Origin: Sedimentisphaerales bacterium
GTDB lineage: Bacteria; Planctomycetota; Phycisphaerae; Sedimentisphaerales; SM23-30
Length of the DNA stretch: 64,000 nucleotides
NCBI GenBank assembly: GCA_963666285.1
Contig: OY762711.1
Direction: 5' to 3' (one strand)
Position 1 is the first letter of the stretch; each line of letters starts with the position of its first letter. Both the position numbers and the translations under genes were made by a program. This document shows positions 19,770 through 30,400 of the stretch, one piece after another. Below the pieces are notes generated by a model. The model worked only from the letters and a program-made list of their open reading frames with translations. It was not told the origin of the DNA and made no database searches.

Positions 19770-22700
19770 ATGAAAAGAATTGTTTGTGCTATAATGGTCG
19801 TATTGTTTATTTATAGTAATTATTCATTTGGTATTGGTGGTGATCTCGGCGCCGGGTCTGGAGCTGACGGTTCAGAAACCAGTCCGTGGCTGATCGAGGA
19901 TTTTACCGATTTTCAGGCATTTTGCGGCGACAGCAGCTATTGGGCGAGTGGTGTCTATACCAGGCTGGAGACTGACCTTGACCTTAACCCGGCCCTGGAA
20001 GGTAGAGATATTTATTCAAGAGCCCCTATTGCCGGTAATGAGAGTAGTAGTATTTATTCTTTTTCTGGTACATATTATTCAGGGCATTTTGATGGCAACG
20101 GTCATATTATAAGTAATCTGACAATACAAGGAGCTTCTTACCTGGGTTTATTTGGTTATACAGGCAGTAGTACAAGTATCTCAAATTTGAATATTGAAAA
20201 TGTATATATTACATGTTCCGGTTATTATACCGGCGGCCTGGCCAGCTACAATAGAGGCAATATAATAAACTGTTCGAGCACTGGAACAGTATCAGGCAGT
20301 TATAATTCAGGTGGCCTGGCTGGTTACAATAGAGGTAGTATCAGCAATTGTTGCAGTACTACCTCAGTAAGTGGTAGTGGAACTGCCGGCGGCTTGGTGG
20401 GTTATAATTATTATGGTACTATTAGTAGCTGTTTCAGTGGTTCGATGGTGTCTGGCTCTTATTATGCCGGTGGTTTAGTGGGTGAAAATTATCGTGGTCC
20501 TGTTACCAATTGTTACAGTAGCGGTACGGTAAATGGTTATGGTTATATCGGAGGTTTGATTGGGTATTTTAGAAATGCTGAAATAAGTAAATGTTATAGT
20601 ATTGGGGCTGTAACGGGTAATTATAATACAGGAGGTCTTGTCGGCTATAATTTGAGTGGAATTATCATCGGCAGTTACTGGGATGTTGAGACTTCCGGTC
20701 AAAGCAGCAGTTTTGGCGGGACAGCAAAAACTACCGTAGAGATGCAGAATGCTTCTACCTTTGTCGGCTGGAATGATGGCAGCTGGACTATTTACGATGG
20801 TCATTCATATCCGAGGTTGGCCTGGGAAAATGTCAAGGGCAGCCCAATAACAACTGACTATCCGGCGGCAACTTATCCCGGCAGTGGTACAGGAGTTGAC
20901 CCGTATGTATTGTCAACGCCAGCTGATTTTATATCTATGGGGCAAAGAGTACCTGATTGGGATGGTTATTATATTTTGTCTGGTGATGTTGATTTGTCTG
21001 GTTTGGTTTATATTCCTCCGGTGAAATTTAGCGGTATCTTTGATGGTAATGGTTATGTGATCAGTAACTTAAGTATTGACGGAGATATGGCCGGCACTCA
21101 GTATTATCTTGGTTTGTTTGGCATACTTTACGGCAGGGTTGATAACCTCGGACTTGAAAATGTAGATGTCAGCGGTTTCAACTATGTAGGCGGGCTGGCG
21201 GGAAGAAATTATGGTACGATATCAGGATGCTATTCTTCCGGTGATGTATTAGGGCAGTATTATTGTGGTGGTCTTGTGGGTGAGAATATGGCCGGTATTA
21301 CTAATTGCTACAGCGTTGGTTCTATTACAGGTGGTTATGATGTAGGTGGTTTGACAGGGGGTAATGGTGGTACGGTTAGTAATTGCTATTCGGTCTGCAT
21401 AGTCCGAGGTAATGAGTATTTTGGTGGTTTGGCGGGTGAGAGTTACGGTCAAGTAAGTGATAGTTATTTTTATCTATACGGCGGTCCTGATAATAGTGTC
21501 GGAACTATGCTTAATGATCAGGAGTTGCAGCTGAAAGCAAGCTTTATCGGTTTTGATTTTGTTAATGATACCAATGACGGATTAGACGATTTCTGGACAA
21601 TCAATTCAGGTTATATGCCGAAACTTGCCTGGCAGGTTTCGCCTGGTTTTGAGCCGCCATATTATCTTGATTCTATTTCTACTACCCTTGCGGGAAGCGG
21701 TTATTCTGGTGATCCGTATATTATAGCAAATCTTGATGATCTGCTGGAATTCAGAAATAATGCCGATCTTCGCTGGGGTGAATATTCTTTGACTGCCGAC
21801 ATTGATTTAGCCGGGCAATATCTTCCGGAGGCATTTATACCTGAGGCGTTTATGGGCAGCTTCTCTGGAAACGGTCATACAATTTCTAATATGTTTATTT
21901 CCGGAGATTATAATGTTGGATTCTTCAGTAATCTTTATGGTTCTGTTGACAGTTTAAATTTCCTGGAAGCGATGGTAGATGGCAGTGAGCAGTCAGGTTG
22001 TGTAGCAGGCAGTAATATCGGCGGTAAAATTACAAATTGTAATGTGTCAGGTATGTTGTTCGGCGGATATTGTACAGGCGGCATTTGCGGCAAATCATAT
22101 GGTCCGAACCATGCCGGGATGGGCTTGATTTCCGGCTGTACCAGTTCGGTTTCCATTACGTCTGATGAATGTTATAATGTTGGCGGGCTGGTTGGTCATA
22201 ATGGGAGTATCGTGAGGAATTGTTCAAGTTCCGGTGATATATATGGCTCATATGGCGAAGTAACAGGCGGGCTTATCGGAAAAGTTGGCGGTTATGGTTC
22301 AGTTGATAACTGCTATTCGACAGTTTCGCTGGTAATGATTGGTGGTTCCTATGAAGTTGGCGGTCTGATTGGCGGTAATTCCGGCAGGGTCAAGAGGTCA
22401 TATTCTACAGGAAAGATTATTGTAAGCGATGGAGGCTCAGATATAGGCGGGCTGGTTGGAAGGAATCACGGATGCTATGACAATGAAAACGGCCCTTCTG
22501 AGGTGTCTAACTGTTATAGTGTAAGTGATTTGATCACATCAGGCGATGTGGAGAGCGTTGGCGGATTTGGCGGTCATTGCGGCGGGAATATATTTGACTG
22601 CTATTCAGCTGGTAAGGTAAGTGTTTTATGGTATAGTGAAAATGTTGGCGGTTTTGCCGGTAAGCTAGGCTGTAATGGTCAGATAAAGAATTGTTTTGCA

Positions 22701-24149
22701 GACAATATTATCCGGCATACAGGTGATTTTGAAAGGATTGCCGGTTTTTGCGGTTCAAATATGGGTGGTACTCTTGAAAGCTGCTTTTGGAATACTGAGC
22801 TTTCAGGTTTAACAGAAGGTTACTTCGAAGATCCTGATGCTAATTCCCCTGGAGTATACCATGATGTGGTTGGGCTTACCGGGGCTCAGATGGCCGATAT
22901 GAATTTATTTACAGGTTACGGCTGGGATTTCTTCGGTGAGATTGCCAATGGAGTGTTTGAGACATGGCAGATGTCGGCTGCGGCCGGTATGCCGGTCTTG
23001 AGTTATTTTGAAGGTTATTATGTTGAACTTCAGGGAGAAGGTACTCAGTTGGATCCGTATATGGTTTCAAATGCCTTTGAGTTGGGGGCAGTCAGGAATT
23101 ATCCATCAGATGCCTGGTATGTTCTAGTCAATGATATTGATCTTGCAGGTATTAGTTTTAGCTCTGCTCTAATACCTGGATTCAGCGGTAATTTTGACGG
23201 AGGTTATAATACTGTCAGTAATCTTACTATTTCTAATGGTGGTGATTATTGTGGTTTCTTCGGTCGTATGGAAGCCGGTTCGGTTGTTACCGGATTAAAG
23301 ATATCGCATGCCAAAATAACAGCCGGTCATCATGCCGGAGTATTGGCTGGTCAGGTTGGCGGTGGTACTATTGAATATTGTTCGGTATCTGGAGAGATAA
23401 CAGCAAGATACTATACCGGCGGTCTCTGCGGAATGGCACAAGGTCCTAATTGTGGCGGTAGTTTTATCAATTTCTGTTCCAGTGATGTAGATGTAACCGG
23501 GTATGAAGTTGATGATGATGAATGGAATTGTATTATTGGCGGTCTGGTCGGTCATTGCGGCGGCCAGGTCAGTAATTGTTACAGCCTTGGTAGCGTAACG
23601 TCAGTTTCTGAATACGCTTCTATCGGCGGATTGATAGGTTCGATGGGCTGCAATGGAAGTGCCGCCAACTGTTATTCGGTTGGTCATGTCAGTGGGAACG
23701 GTGAGGTCGGTGCTCTGGCAGGTGAAGATTATGGTGAAATGAATATATATAATTGCTTCTGGGACATACAGGCATCAGGTACGAATATTGCAGTAGGTAC
23801 TTTCGACCCTGACCCTGATGACCAGTACTATGGTCTTACAACTGCTGAGATGCAGACAATGTCGGTGTTTACCAATGTCGGCTGGGATTTCAGTGAAACA
23901 GACGGTACCCCGGCGGTCTGGCAGATGCCGCCGCTAAACTATCCGAAACTTGCCTGGCAGATATCAGAGTCTGCTTCTGACTTAAACCAGGATGACGCAG
24001 TTGACTTGAAGGATTTTTCATTCTTTGCAGTTCATTGGCTGAGTTCCGATTGTGCTGGTTCTTCTGTATGCGAAGCTGCTGACATAAACGATTCCGGTCA
24101 GGTGGATCTTGCCGATCTGCAGGAATTCTGCAGCGGCTGGATAGAATAG
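19770..24149 (+). CDS. Secreted GLUG-motif repeat (beta-helix) surface protein with C-terminal dockerin-like pair
   Basis: Many GG[L]xGxNxGxIxNCYSxGxV repeats; modules opening GSG..DPY.I / F.G.FDGNGH.ISNL; tail DLNQDDAVDLKDF..WL..C..C..ADINDSGQVDLADL..W; GAGGT RBS before ATG 19770. Confidence 0.85.
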   Translation: MKRIVCAIMVVLFIYSNYSFGIGGDLGAGSGADGSETSPWLIEDFTDFQAFCGDSSYWASGVYTRLETDLDLNPALEGRDIYSRAPIAGNESSSIYSFSGTYYSGHFDGNGHIISNLTIQGASYLGLFGYTGSSTSISNLNIENVYITCSGYYTGGLASYNRGNIINCSSTGTVSGSYNSGGLAGYNRGSISNCCSTTSVSGSGTAGGLVGYNYYGTISSCFSGSMVSGSYYAGGLVGENYRGPVTNCYSSGTVNGYGYIGGLIGYFRNAEISKCYSIGAVTGNYNTGGLVGYNLSGIIIGSYWDVETSGQSSSFGGTAKTTVEMQNASTFVGWNDGSWTIYDGHSYPRLAWENVKGSPITTDYPAATYPGSGTGVDPYVLSTPADFISMGQRVPDWDGYYILSGDVDLSGLVYIPPVKFSGIFDGNGYVISNLSIDGDMAGTQYYLGLFGILYGRVDNLGLENVDVSGFNYVGGLAGRNYGTISGCYSSGDVLGQYYCGGLVGENMAGITNCYSVGSITGGYDVGGLTGGNGGTVSNCYSVCIVRGNEYFGGLAGESYGQVSDSYFYLYGGPDNSVGTMLNDQELQLKASFIGFDFVNDTNDGLDDFWTINSGYMPKLAWQVSPGFEPPYYLDSISTTLAGSGYSGDPYIIANLDDLLEFRNNADLRWGEYSLTADIDLAGQYLPEAFIPEAFMGSFSGNGHTISNMFISGDYNVGFFSNLYGSVDSLNFLEAMVDGSEQSGCVAGSNIGGKITNCNVSGMLFGGYCTGGICGKSYGPNHAGMGLISGCTSSVSITSDECYNVGGLVGHNGSIVRNCSSSGDIYGSYGEVTGGLIGKVGGYGSVDNCYSTVSLVMIGGSYEVGGLIGGNSGRVKRSYSTGKIIVSDGGSDIGGLVGRNHGCYDNENGPSEVSNCYSVSDLITSGDVESVGGFGGHCGGNIFDCYSAGKVSVLWYSENVGGFAGKLGCNGQIKNCFADNIIRHTGDFERIAGFCGSNMGGTLESCFWNTELSGLTEGYFEDPDANSPGVYHDVVGLTGAQMADMNLFTGYGWDFFGEIANGVFETWQMSAAAGMPVLSYFEGYYVELQGEGTQLDPYMVSNAFELGAVRNYPSDAWYVLVNDIDLAGISFSSALIPGFSGNFDGGYNTVSNLTISNGGDYCGFFGRMEAGSVVTGLKISHAKITAGHHAGVLAGQVGGGTIEYCSVSGEITARYYTGGLCGMAQGPNCGGSFINFCSSDVDVTGYEVDDDEWNCIIGGLVGHCGGQVSNCYSLGSVTSVSEYASIGGLIGSMGCNGSAANCYSVGHVSGNGEVGALAGEDYGEMNIYNCFWDIQASGTNIAVGTFDPDPDDQYYGLTTAEMQTMSVFTNVGWDFSETDGTPAVWQMPPLNYPKLAWQISESASDLNQDDAVDLKDFSFFAVHWLSSDCAGSSVCEAADINDSGQVDLADLQEFCSGWIE

Positions 24150-24230
24150 TAAAAGTTTATTTCCGCATTTATTAGTTAGCGGCCAGCTTATCATAGTTTA
24201 TATATAAGAGCTTTTCATAAAAGTAATGTG

Positions 24231-24267
24231 AAAGACATTCCATTTTGTACAGGTGGGATGTCTTTTT
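24231..24267. terminator. Terminator between convergent genes
   Basis: AAAGACATTCCA-loop-TGGGATGTCTTT then T-rich. Confidence 0.6.
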
Positions 24268-24287
24268 ATATTTTTTGAAATATTAGT

Positions 24288-26534
24288 TTAGAGTGTTATT
24301 GTGATTATGACTTTTTTACCCGGTTTTAATTTGACCGGTATATCTATTTGGCCCTTGGAATCTGCAGTGATGATTTTAGTTTTAGAGCCAATTTCGATGT
24401 GATAAGCTTTTCCCGGTAACAGGTGGTATGCTTTCTGGAGCATCTCGACAGAACAGCTGCTGCTGACAGACCATTCTAATTTGCTGCTGTTGCTGTGTGT
24501 TACTTCAATTTGAACCGGGTCTGCAGAATTTGTTTCAAAATTTAGAGTTGGGGTGCTGTTTTTCGCCGAGAAATATTCCAGCCGATTTGCGGAGCAGTTT
24601 ATACCGAAAGGATTTTTGTTGCTGATAGAAAACCGGCTGGTGGTTACGGTGTTTAGTTTTCTGTTTAGTTTGATTCTATAGTCAGTATCTCTCAGTTTGT
24701 AGTTAACTATAGAGCCGTCCAGCTGTTTCGGCAGATGCGGTTCCAGGTACAGGCGGTTGTATTGCGGCTGGATACTGAATATGTTTCTATAGAGTCCTGT
24801 AACGGCCATAGCGTTACCGCCTAGGATATCATCGCCGAGACCGGTCTGGGTGGTTCGGCTGTAGCGTTGGAACGCCAGGCCGTCTTTTTTGTATTGCTCG
24901 ATAATATTACTGATATATTTCATGGCAATTTCAGGGTCGTATTGTACATAACAGCGTGTGCCAAGTTCGGCCCAGGACAGAAATATATCGCCGTTTTCAT
25001 AATTTGGAAATGGGAAATTACTTCCTCCGCCTTCTTCCGGCATATATGAATATACGCACAACGGCCAGGCGAACAGGTTTTCTTTCTGCATGGCTGATTC
25101 CAGGGTAGAAAGAATCGCGGTCTGCCTGACTTTATCATCGCAAAGGCCGTAACTGATCGCGGCGAAGTTGACAGGTATTACCAGGTTATCGCCGTGGATG
25201 GTGTCATCCTTGTCACGCCAGTATATATACCATTTATTCTGCGGGTTCCAGAATCCACCATCTGAAATGTTTCTGTTGAAGCTTTGCTTGAGCTTTGCAG
25301 CAGCATTAGTATAGCGGGCGGCTTTTGCCTGGTCGCCGAGTATCTCTTCAATTTCCGACCAGAGTATCATCGCACCGTACATTTCAGCATTTACCAGTGC
25401 GTTTTCATGTGCGGCCCAGATAATATCGATCCAGTCGCTGCCTCGATTGTCGGAGTGGTATGAGTTAGTCATTTCCAGCAGCCCATCACCATCGCTGTCG
25501 CGTTGGAGCATATACTCTAAAGCGGCTTCGCAGGTTTGCTTCTGGCCGCGCAGCCAGTTCAGGTTGCCGGTATTACGGAACTGTTCAGCTACTACCATGA
25601 CATAATCCGGCTGGCTGTCGAGCAGGTAACCCCATTGGGCTTCGTAGAAACCATGTTCGGTATATGTGCCCGGCATAGCATCAACTGAATTATCCTTGAA
25701 GCGGGCCAGTACCCGGCCATTATCAAGTACGGCATGGTCTCTGAAGTTATCATATGTATTACTGAGGTTCCGGGTGTAGTTTTTGTCCTGGATAGCCATT
25801 GCCAGCTGCGCGTACCACTGTTCATGCAGGCAGATATAGCCTGATCGCCATCCGTTTGCACCGCATAGTCCGCTGTCGATGACACCATAGCGGGCAATAG
25901 TATTGAGTATTTCACGAACCGCATTTTCATCTATGCCGTTAAAGCAACCCAGATCGAACCGGTCCGGCAGTTTGGCTGCTGACAAGCGATAAGTCATTGA
26001 TTGTTTGCTTTTGCCAAGCTTAAATGGCTTCCAGATGGAGTCTTCTCTCAGGCAGCGGCTGAGGTTTACCCTGGTTTTCAGGGGGGAGTCGCTTAAATAC
26101 TGGGCAAATACAAGTGTACCCCTGGGGCTGCGGGTAAAACGTGAGGCTATATGTCTGCCGGCTAAATCCATGGGTGTAACTGCCAGGCAGGTTCCGGTCA
26201 GGTTATTCCAGAATAGAACTCCGGCGGCCTGATTACCAAAAGTGTAGAAATTTTCCGGCAGCAGTTTACACCATGCAACAGCACCGTTATCCAGTATTGC
26301 CCCGGTCCAGGTTGTCATATCGGCAAATTCCCAGTGGCTGTTAGCGGCGGCATCGACGATCATATCTGATGGAATTGTTCGGTCGATCTGCCAGTTGATG
26401 CTATCCGGCAGGGCGGTGAAGGTCCAGCTTTCCTCGATTTTGAAATTGTCCGGTCCGTAGCATATATTTTCTATAATTGCAGAATTATCGTTGATGTTGA
26501 CTCGTACTGATCTCGCTTCATTCTGTGACAGATG
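24288..26534 (-). pseudogene. (alpha/alpha)6-barrel glycoside hydrolase-like gene, apparently 5'-truncated
   Basis: Six-hairpin glycosidase-like motifs (LQRDSDGDGLLEM..SDWID..HENA; YENG); frame remains open 57 codons upstream of ATG 26363 to an in-frame TGA at 26535-26537 with no ATG/GTG/TTG start or signal peptide. Confidence 0.55.
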
Positions 26535-26566
26535 TCATTGGTTGTCAAATTATTAGCCGAAGTTTT

Positions 26567-27110
26567 CTTCACTACCTTCATGAACTTCATGGTTAACTAT
26601 CTTCCGCCGCAGCCGATTTAAATCAAATATGAACCAATATAATTCATAATTAATACGCTTCTTTCTTTTAACTCTCCCCATCCTTCAGGTACCGCAATTC
26701 TGATTGAACTTTCCCTCACACATCACCTTTAAATTAAGGTCCCGATGTACATCGGGACAACCTTCTTTACTCTTTTTATTTTACACTTTACTCTTTGATG
26801 CCGCTCCGCGGCATCTGGACTGCCCACAAATTTCTAACCACGATCTCCCTAGCCATCAACTTTTCAATTAATCTTATATTTTCCTTCCAACTGCGAACTA
26901 TCATCTTCTCGCAAATTCTTCATAATTCATAATTTATAATTCATAATTAAATTCTGTTCTTCCCATTCCACCGCCCACTCTTTTTCTTAATTCTAAATTT
27001 TTAATTCTGATTTCATCCCCCCCTCCGCGCTACCTCCGTAGCCGTCCCCGGCCCGCCGTAAGCTTCCGCGCAGCCTCCGTTGCCCGCAATTGCCCGGCGT
27101 TTAACGCCGT
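26567..27110. repeat. Cluster of short tandem repeats (7-mer, 9-mer) and palindromes
   Basis: CTTCA-based 9-mers x3 (26567-26593); perfect palindrome GTCCCGATGTACATCGGGAC (26739-26758); TTTACTC-like x4 (26766-26793); hairpin GATGCCGC-tcc-GCGGCATC (26797-26815); TTCATAA-like x4 (26919-26946); TAATTCT-like x3 (26988-27008); GC-rich CTCCG repeats (27023-27110). Confidence 0.75.
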
Positions 27111-27492
27111 AAAATCAACTTTGGTACGACCACACACTAAACCGCATGAAATCTTACAATCTCTTGCACACAATTTCCCCTATCCCTTTCGACCATCTGG
27201 CTTGCCCGCCTGCTCCATCCAGGCATATGTGGTATTACCAAAACGGTTTTATGGTTTCCCAAACCGGCATCTCCTAACAAATTTTTTATTTATTTCACAA
27301 ATTCATTTCCTATAAACCATTATAAAACATTGACTTTATATAAAGAAAACTCTGCTTTAATGACGACTTTTAATATGATATACTCACAATTGTCTAGCAG
27401 GCCATGCATTTAACACTGGCCTTATAGATAATTACGTAACATACTTAGAAATAAACGTTTACGTTATTAAAACTACAAAGGAGCCTTCCCAG

Positions 27493-30400
27493 ATGTTCAA
27501 ATTGCTGAAAAAGAGCAAATTAGATGGTATTAATACTGCAGAAATCAAACTTCTCAATTTGCTTATACTGTGTATATTTACATTTGTAAACCTTTATACA
27601 ACACCTGTTTATGCTGGACCGGATGATACCGTTACCCCCGACAGTGGCGTTTATGTTGACGAGGGTGAGGATAATGACGAAGATCCTTTTGATATAAGCA
27701 GTTACTTCGATTTTGAAAATGATGTGCTCGATGTCCTCGTTAACGGCGAGTTAGAGGATGAAGATGACATCGATACCTTCCGGTTCTATGCCCCGGCAGG
27801 TTCCAATATCGATTTTCAGCTTAACCTTAAGACTATTAAATACAATGACATAACATCATTTGAAGCCGGTGTTGATCTGATAGTTTTCATTACCGATAGC
27901 AATACAATCTGGACCGTACAGGATGGTGATGTCTCTCGACTGCTCAGTGATTCTGAGCTGGCAGATGATATCTCCGAATTAGAGCTTGACCAGATTGTTA
28001 TTAACGATATATGGATTACCGATGATAGTGATATCATAATTGCTTTTGATAACGTGATTTATATTGCTGACCTCGACGGCAATCTTCAGCTTCTTTATTC
28101 AGCTTCTGATATTGAAACCGCTACCGGCATATCCGACCCTCAGGTTGTAAATGTCGCCTCCAGTGAAGGTTATATATATATCGCTGATCTGACCAGTTTG
28201 AAACTTCTCCAGGGTGATATGGAGTCCACCGGACTAACTGTAATTGCTGATTATTACGATATTTATGATGCTGTTGATCATAGCGGTCTGACAGTTATCG
28301 AATCTCTCGACGCCGACACTGGTAAGTTCTCACTATTCGAACAGACTATCGCCTCGACAACCGGCACATTCAGGCCGACACATATGATAAAGGTTTCTGG
28401 CAGCGAGATTTACAGCGATGGTTTTTATTGCACCGAGTTCTCTTCCTCTATCGATGGCAACGGTGGCATAACATTTATTACGCCTGATGAATCTGACCCT
28501 ACTGCGGCCGTTTTCAGTCAGTTTATGCCAGCAGATGATGCCATTATTCATCCGACCTGCCTGGCTCTTGATACCACTGGAAGTTTTGATAACTATATGT
28601 ATATGGCTAACTTCGGATCAAATATGGGCAATACTTTTGATGGTAAAGTCTATCAGATCGATGCCGACGGCAACGCAACTGACTTCGTATCTGTATATCT
28701 CAATTCTGATGGTGAAGCTGCTACCAAAGGTACTGATTACCCCACTTACGTTACTGGTTTTTACGATGTTATAGATATGAAATTTTCTAATAATCTTGGT
28801 TCATATGGTGATTATTTATATGTACTTAGCGAAAATATTGATGATGATACCGACCTTGGCAGCGACTCCGATATCTGGCGTATTACACCTCAGGGTGTTG
28901 CCCATCTGTTCGCAGAAAATGTTATGTCTGGTGCCGGTCGAATTGTCTTTGATACCACCGGCAACTTCGACGGCAAGATGATTATTGTACCTTGGTATGG
29001 TACTTCTGATATTGTCACCGTTGATGCTGATGGAACTGTAACTACCTTATATGACGGTATTAGCAGTAATATACTCGGTGCCGAAATTGCACCTGCCGGC
29101 TCAATTTTCGACGGAAGTCTGTTGCTTACCCTTGATGGTGGCGACCTTGTTGGCCTCAATTACGATCCTAATGACCTGCTCGAAGAAACTGACTGGGCCT
29201 CCGATCTGCCTCTGGGTGATATTCCCGGCGGCGACATTGTTTTCGATGGTGACAAAGATATGTATCTACTTGCTGGTGATGAAGATACAAAGGCTATCCT
29301 GAAATATTCAGAGTTGCTTTATTCCTTCGGTGATACCAGGATCCAGACTACTCTTTACAATCGTGAAAACGACCTGCTCCATCAGCCGCATATCTCGGTT
29401 CAGCTTAACGACGAAGTTGCTATTGTTAAAGTTGACGATTTACTGGAAGAACCGACCACATCCGTGGTTATTGATAGCAGCGAGTTTGAATCTGACGATA
29501 CTCTTTCCGATATTGGCTTCTGCTTTGTCCCGAACGGAAACTGTTATATATACAGTAATAATGGTAAATGGATTAAGGTCGCCGATTGGGATGACGACGA
29601 TGTTGCTTTTGGCTCTTTTAACGAAATCTCTTCAATCAGTCATGAAGAAATTGCTGCTGAAACCGGTCAGGAATATCCAGAGATTCTCAATCTGGTGGTT
29701 TCGCCGGAATTAGATTCAGAACCAAATATTCTTTTCGCTGTCACGTCTAATGGTCTTAACAATCTACCTGACAGTGTGTTAGAAACTCCTACCCAGAATA
29801 TAGACGATGATATTCTGTATATGGGCTATATTGACGATGAGGATTATTATCCTACTCTTGCTTATGGTAGTGACAGATTAAATATGGTCCTGGTTAATAT
29901 CTCCGGTCCGACAGATAATCAATCAGTCAGTGTATTAGAATATGCAGATCCAAACGGGGTTTTTGAATATGAATTAACTGAGCTTGAGGGTGGTGATTAT
30001 ACTATAACTCTTGTTGGCGTAGTTAATTATAATGGTGAATATGAGATGCTTATCAGGAACAAAGGTGTACTAAAAGAGTATTTAATTGATGCTGACAACC
30101 CTGAATCTACGCTCACCTTAAGTGATGGCCAGATTGTAAAGCTGGCTATAGATGGTAATGGCCAGGCTCTTGTAACCGCAAACTATAACCCGGAAACCGG
30201 TAATATTACTGATATTTTTGAGATTGAAATCTCTGGCACTAATTCTGGTACGGTGATCGACATACTCAATAATGACGATCCGCATAACCTTGAGGTTAAA
30301 TATATTACGATAAACAATTCTGTTAAGAGCCTTACTTGTCATGGTACTATCGAAGAAGTTAGAACTGAATCTAGTAAGTCCAAGAGAATTAAAAACTTAA

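Noticed and set aside
19552..19816. Short ORFs 19565..19816 (+) and 19552..19737 (-)
   Set aside because: Weak starts, overlap with the GLUG gene start or its promoter region, no motifs
26567..27110. CRISPR array, tRNA or integron attC sites in the repeat-rich spacer
   Set aside because: No constant 25-40-bp repeat with unique spacers, no cloverleaf, no recurring attC cores, and no cas or integrase gene nearby
27121..27315. 64-aa ORF in the spacer
   Set aside because: TTG start, no RBS, no recognisable protein features; likely promoter DNA of 27493
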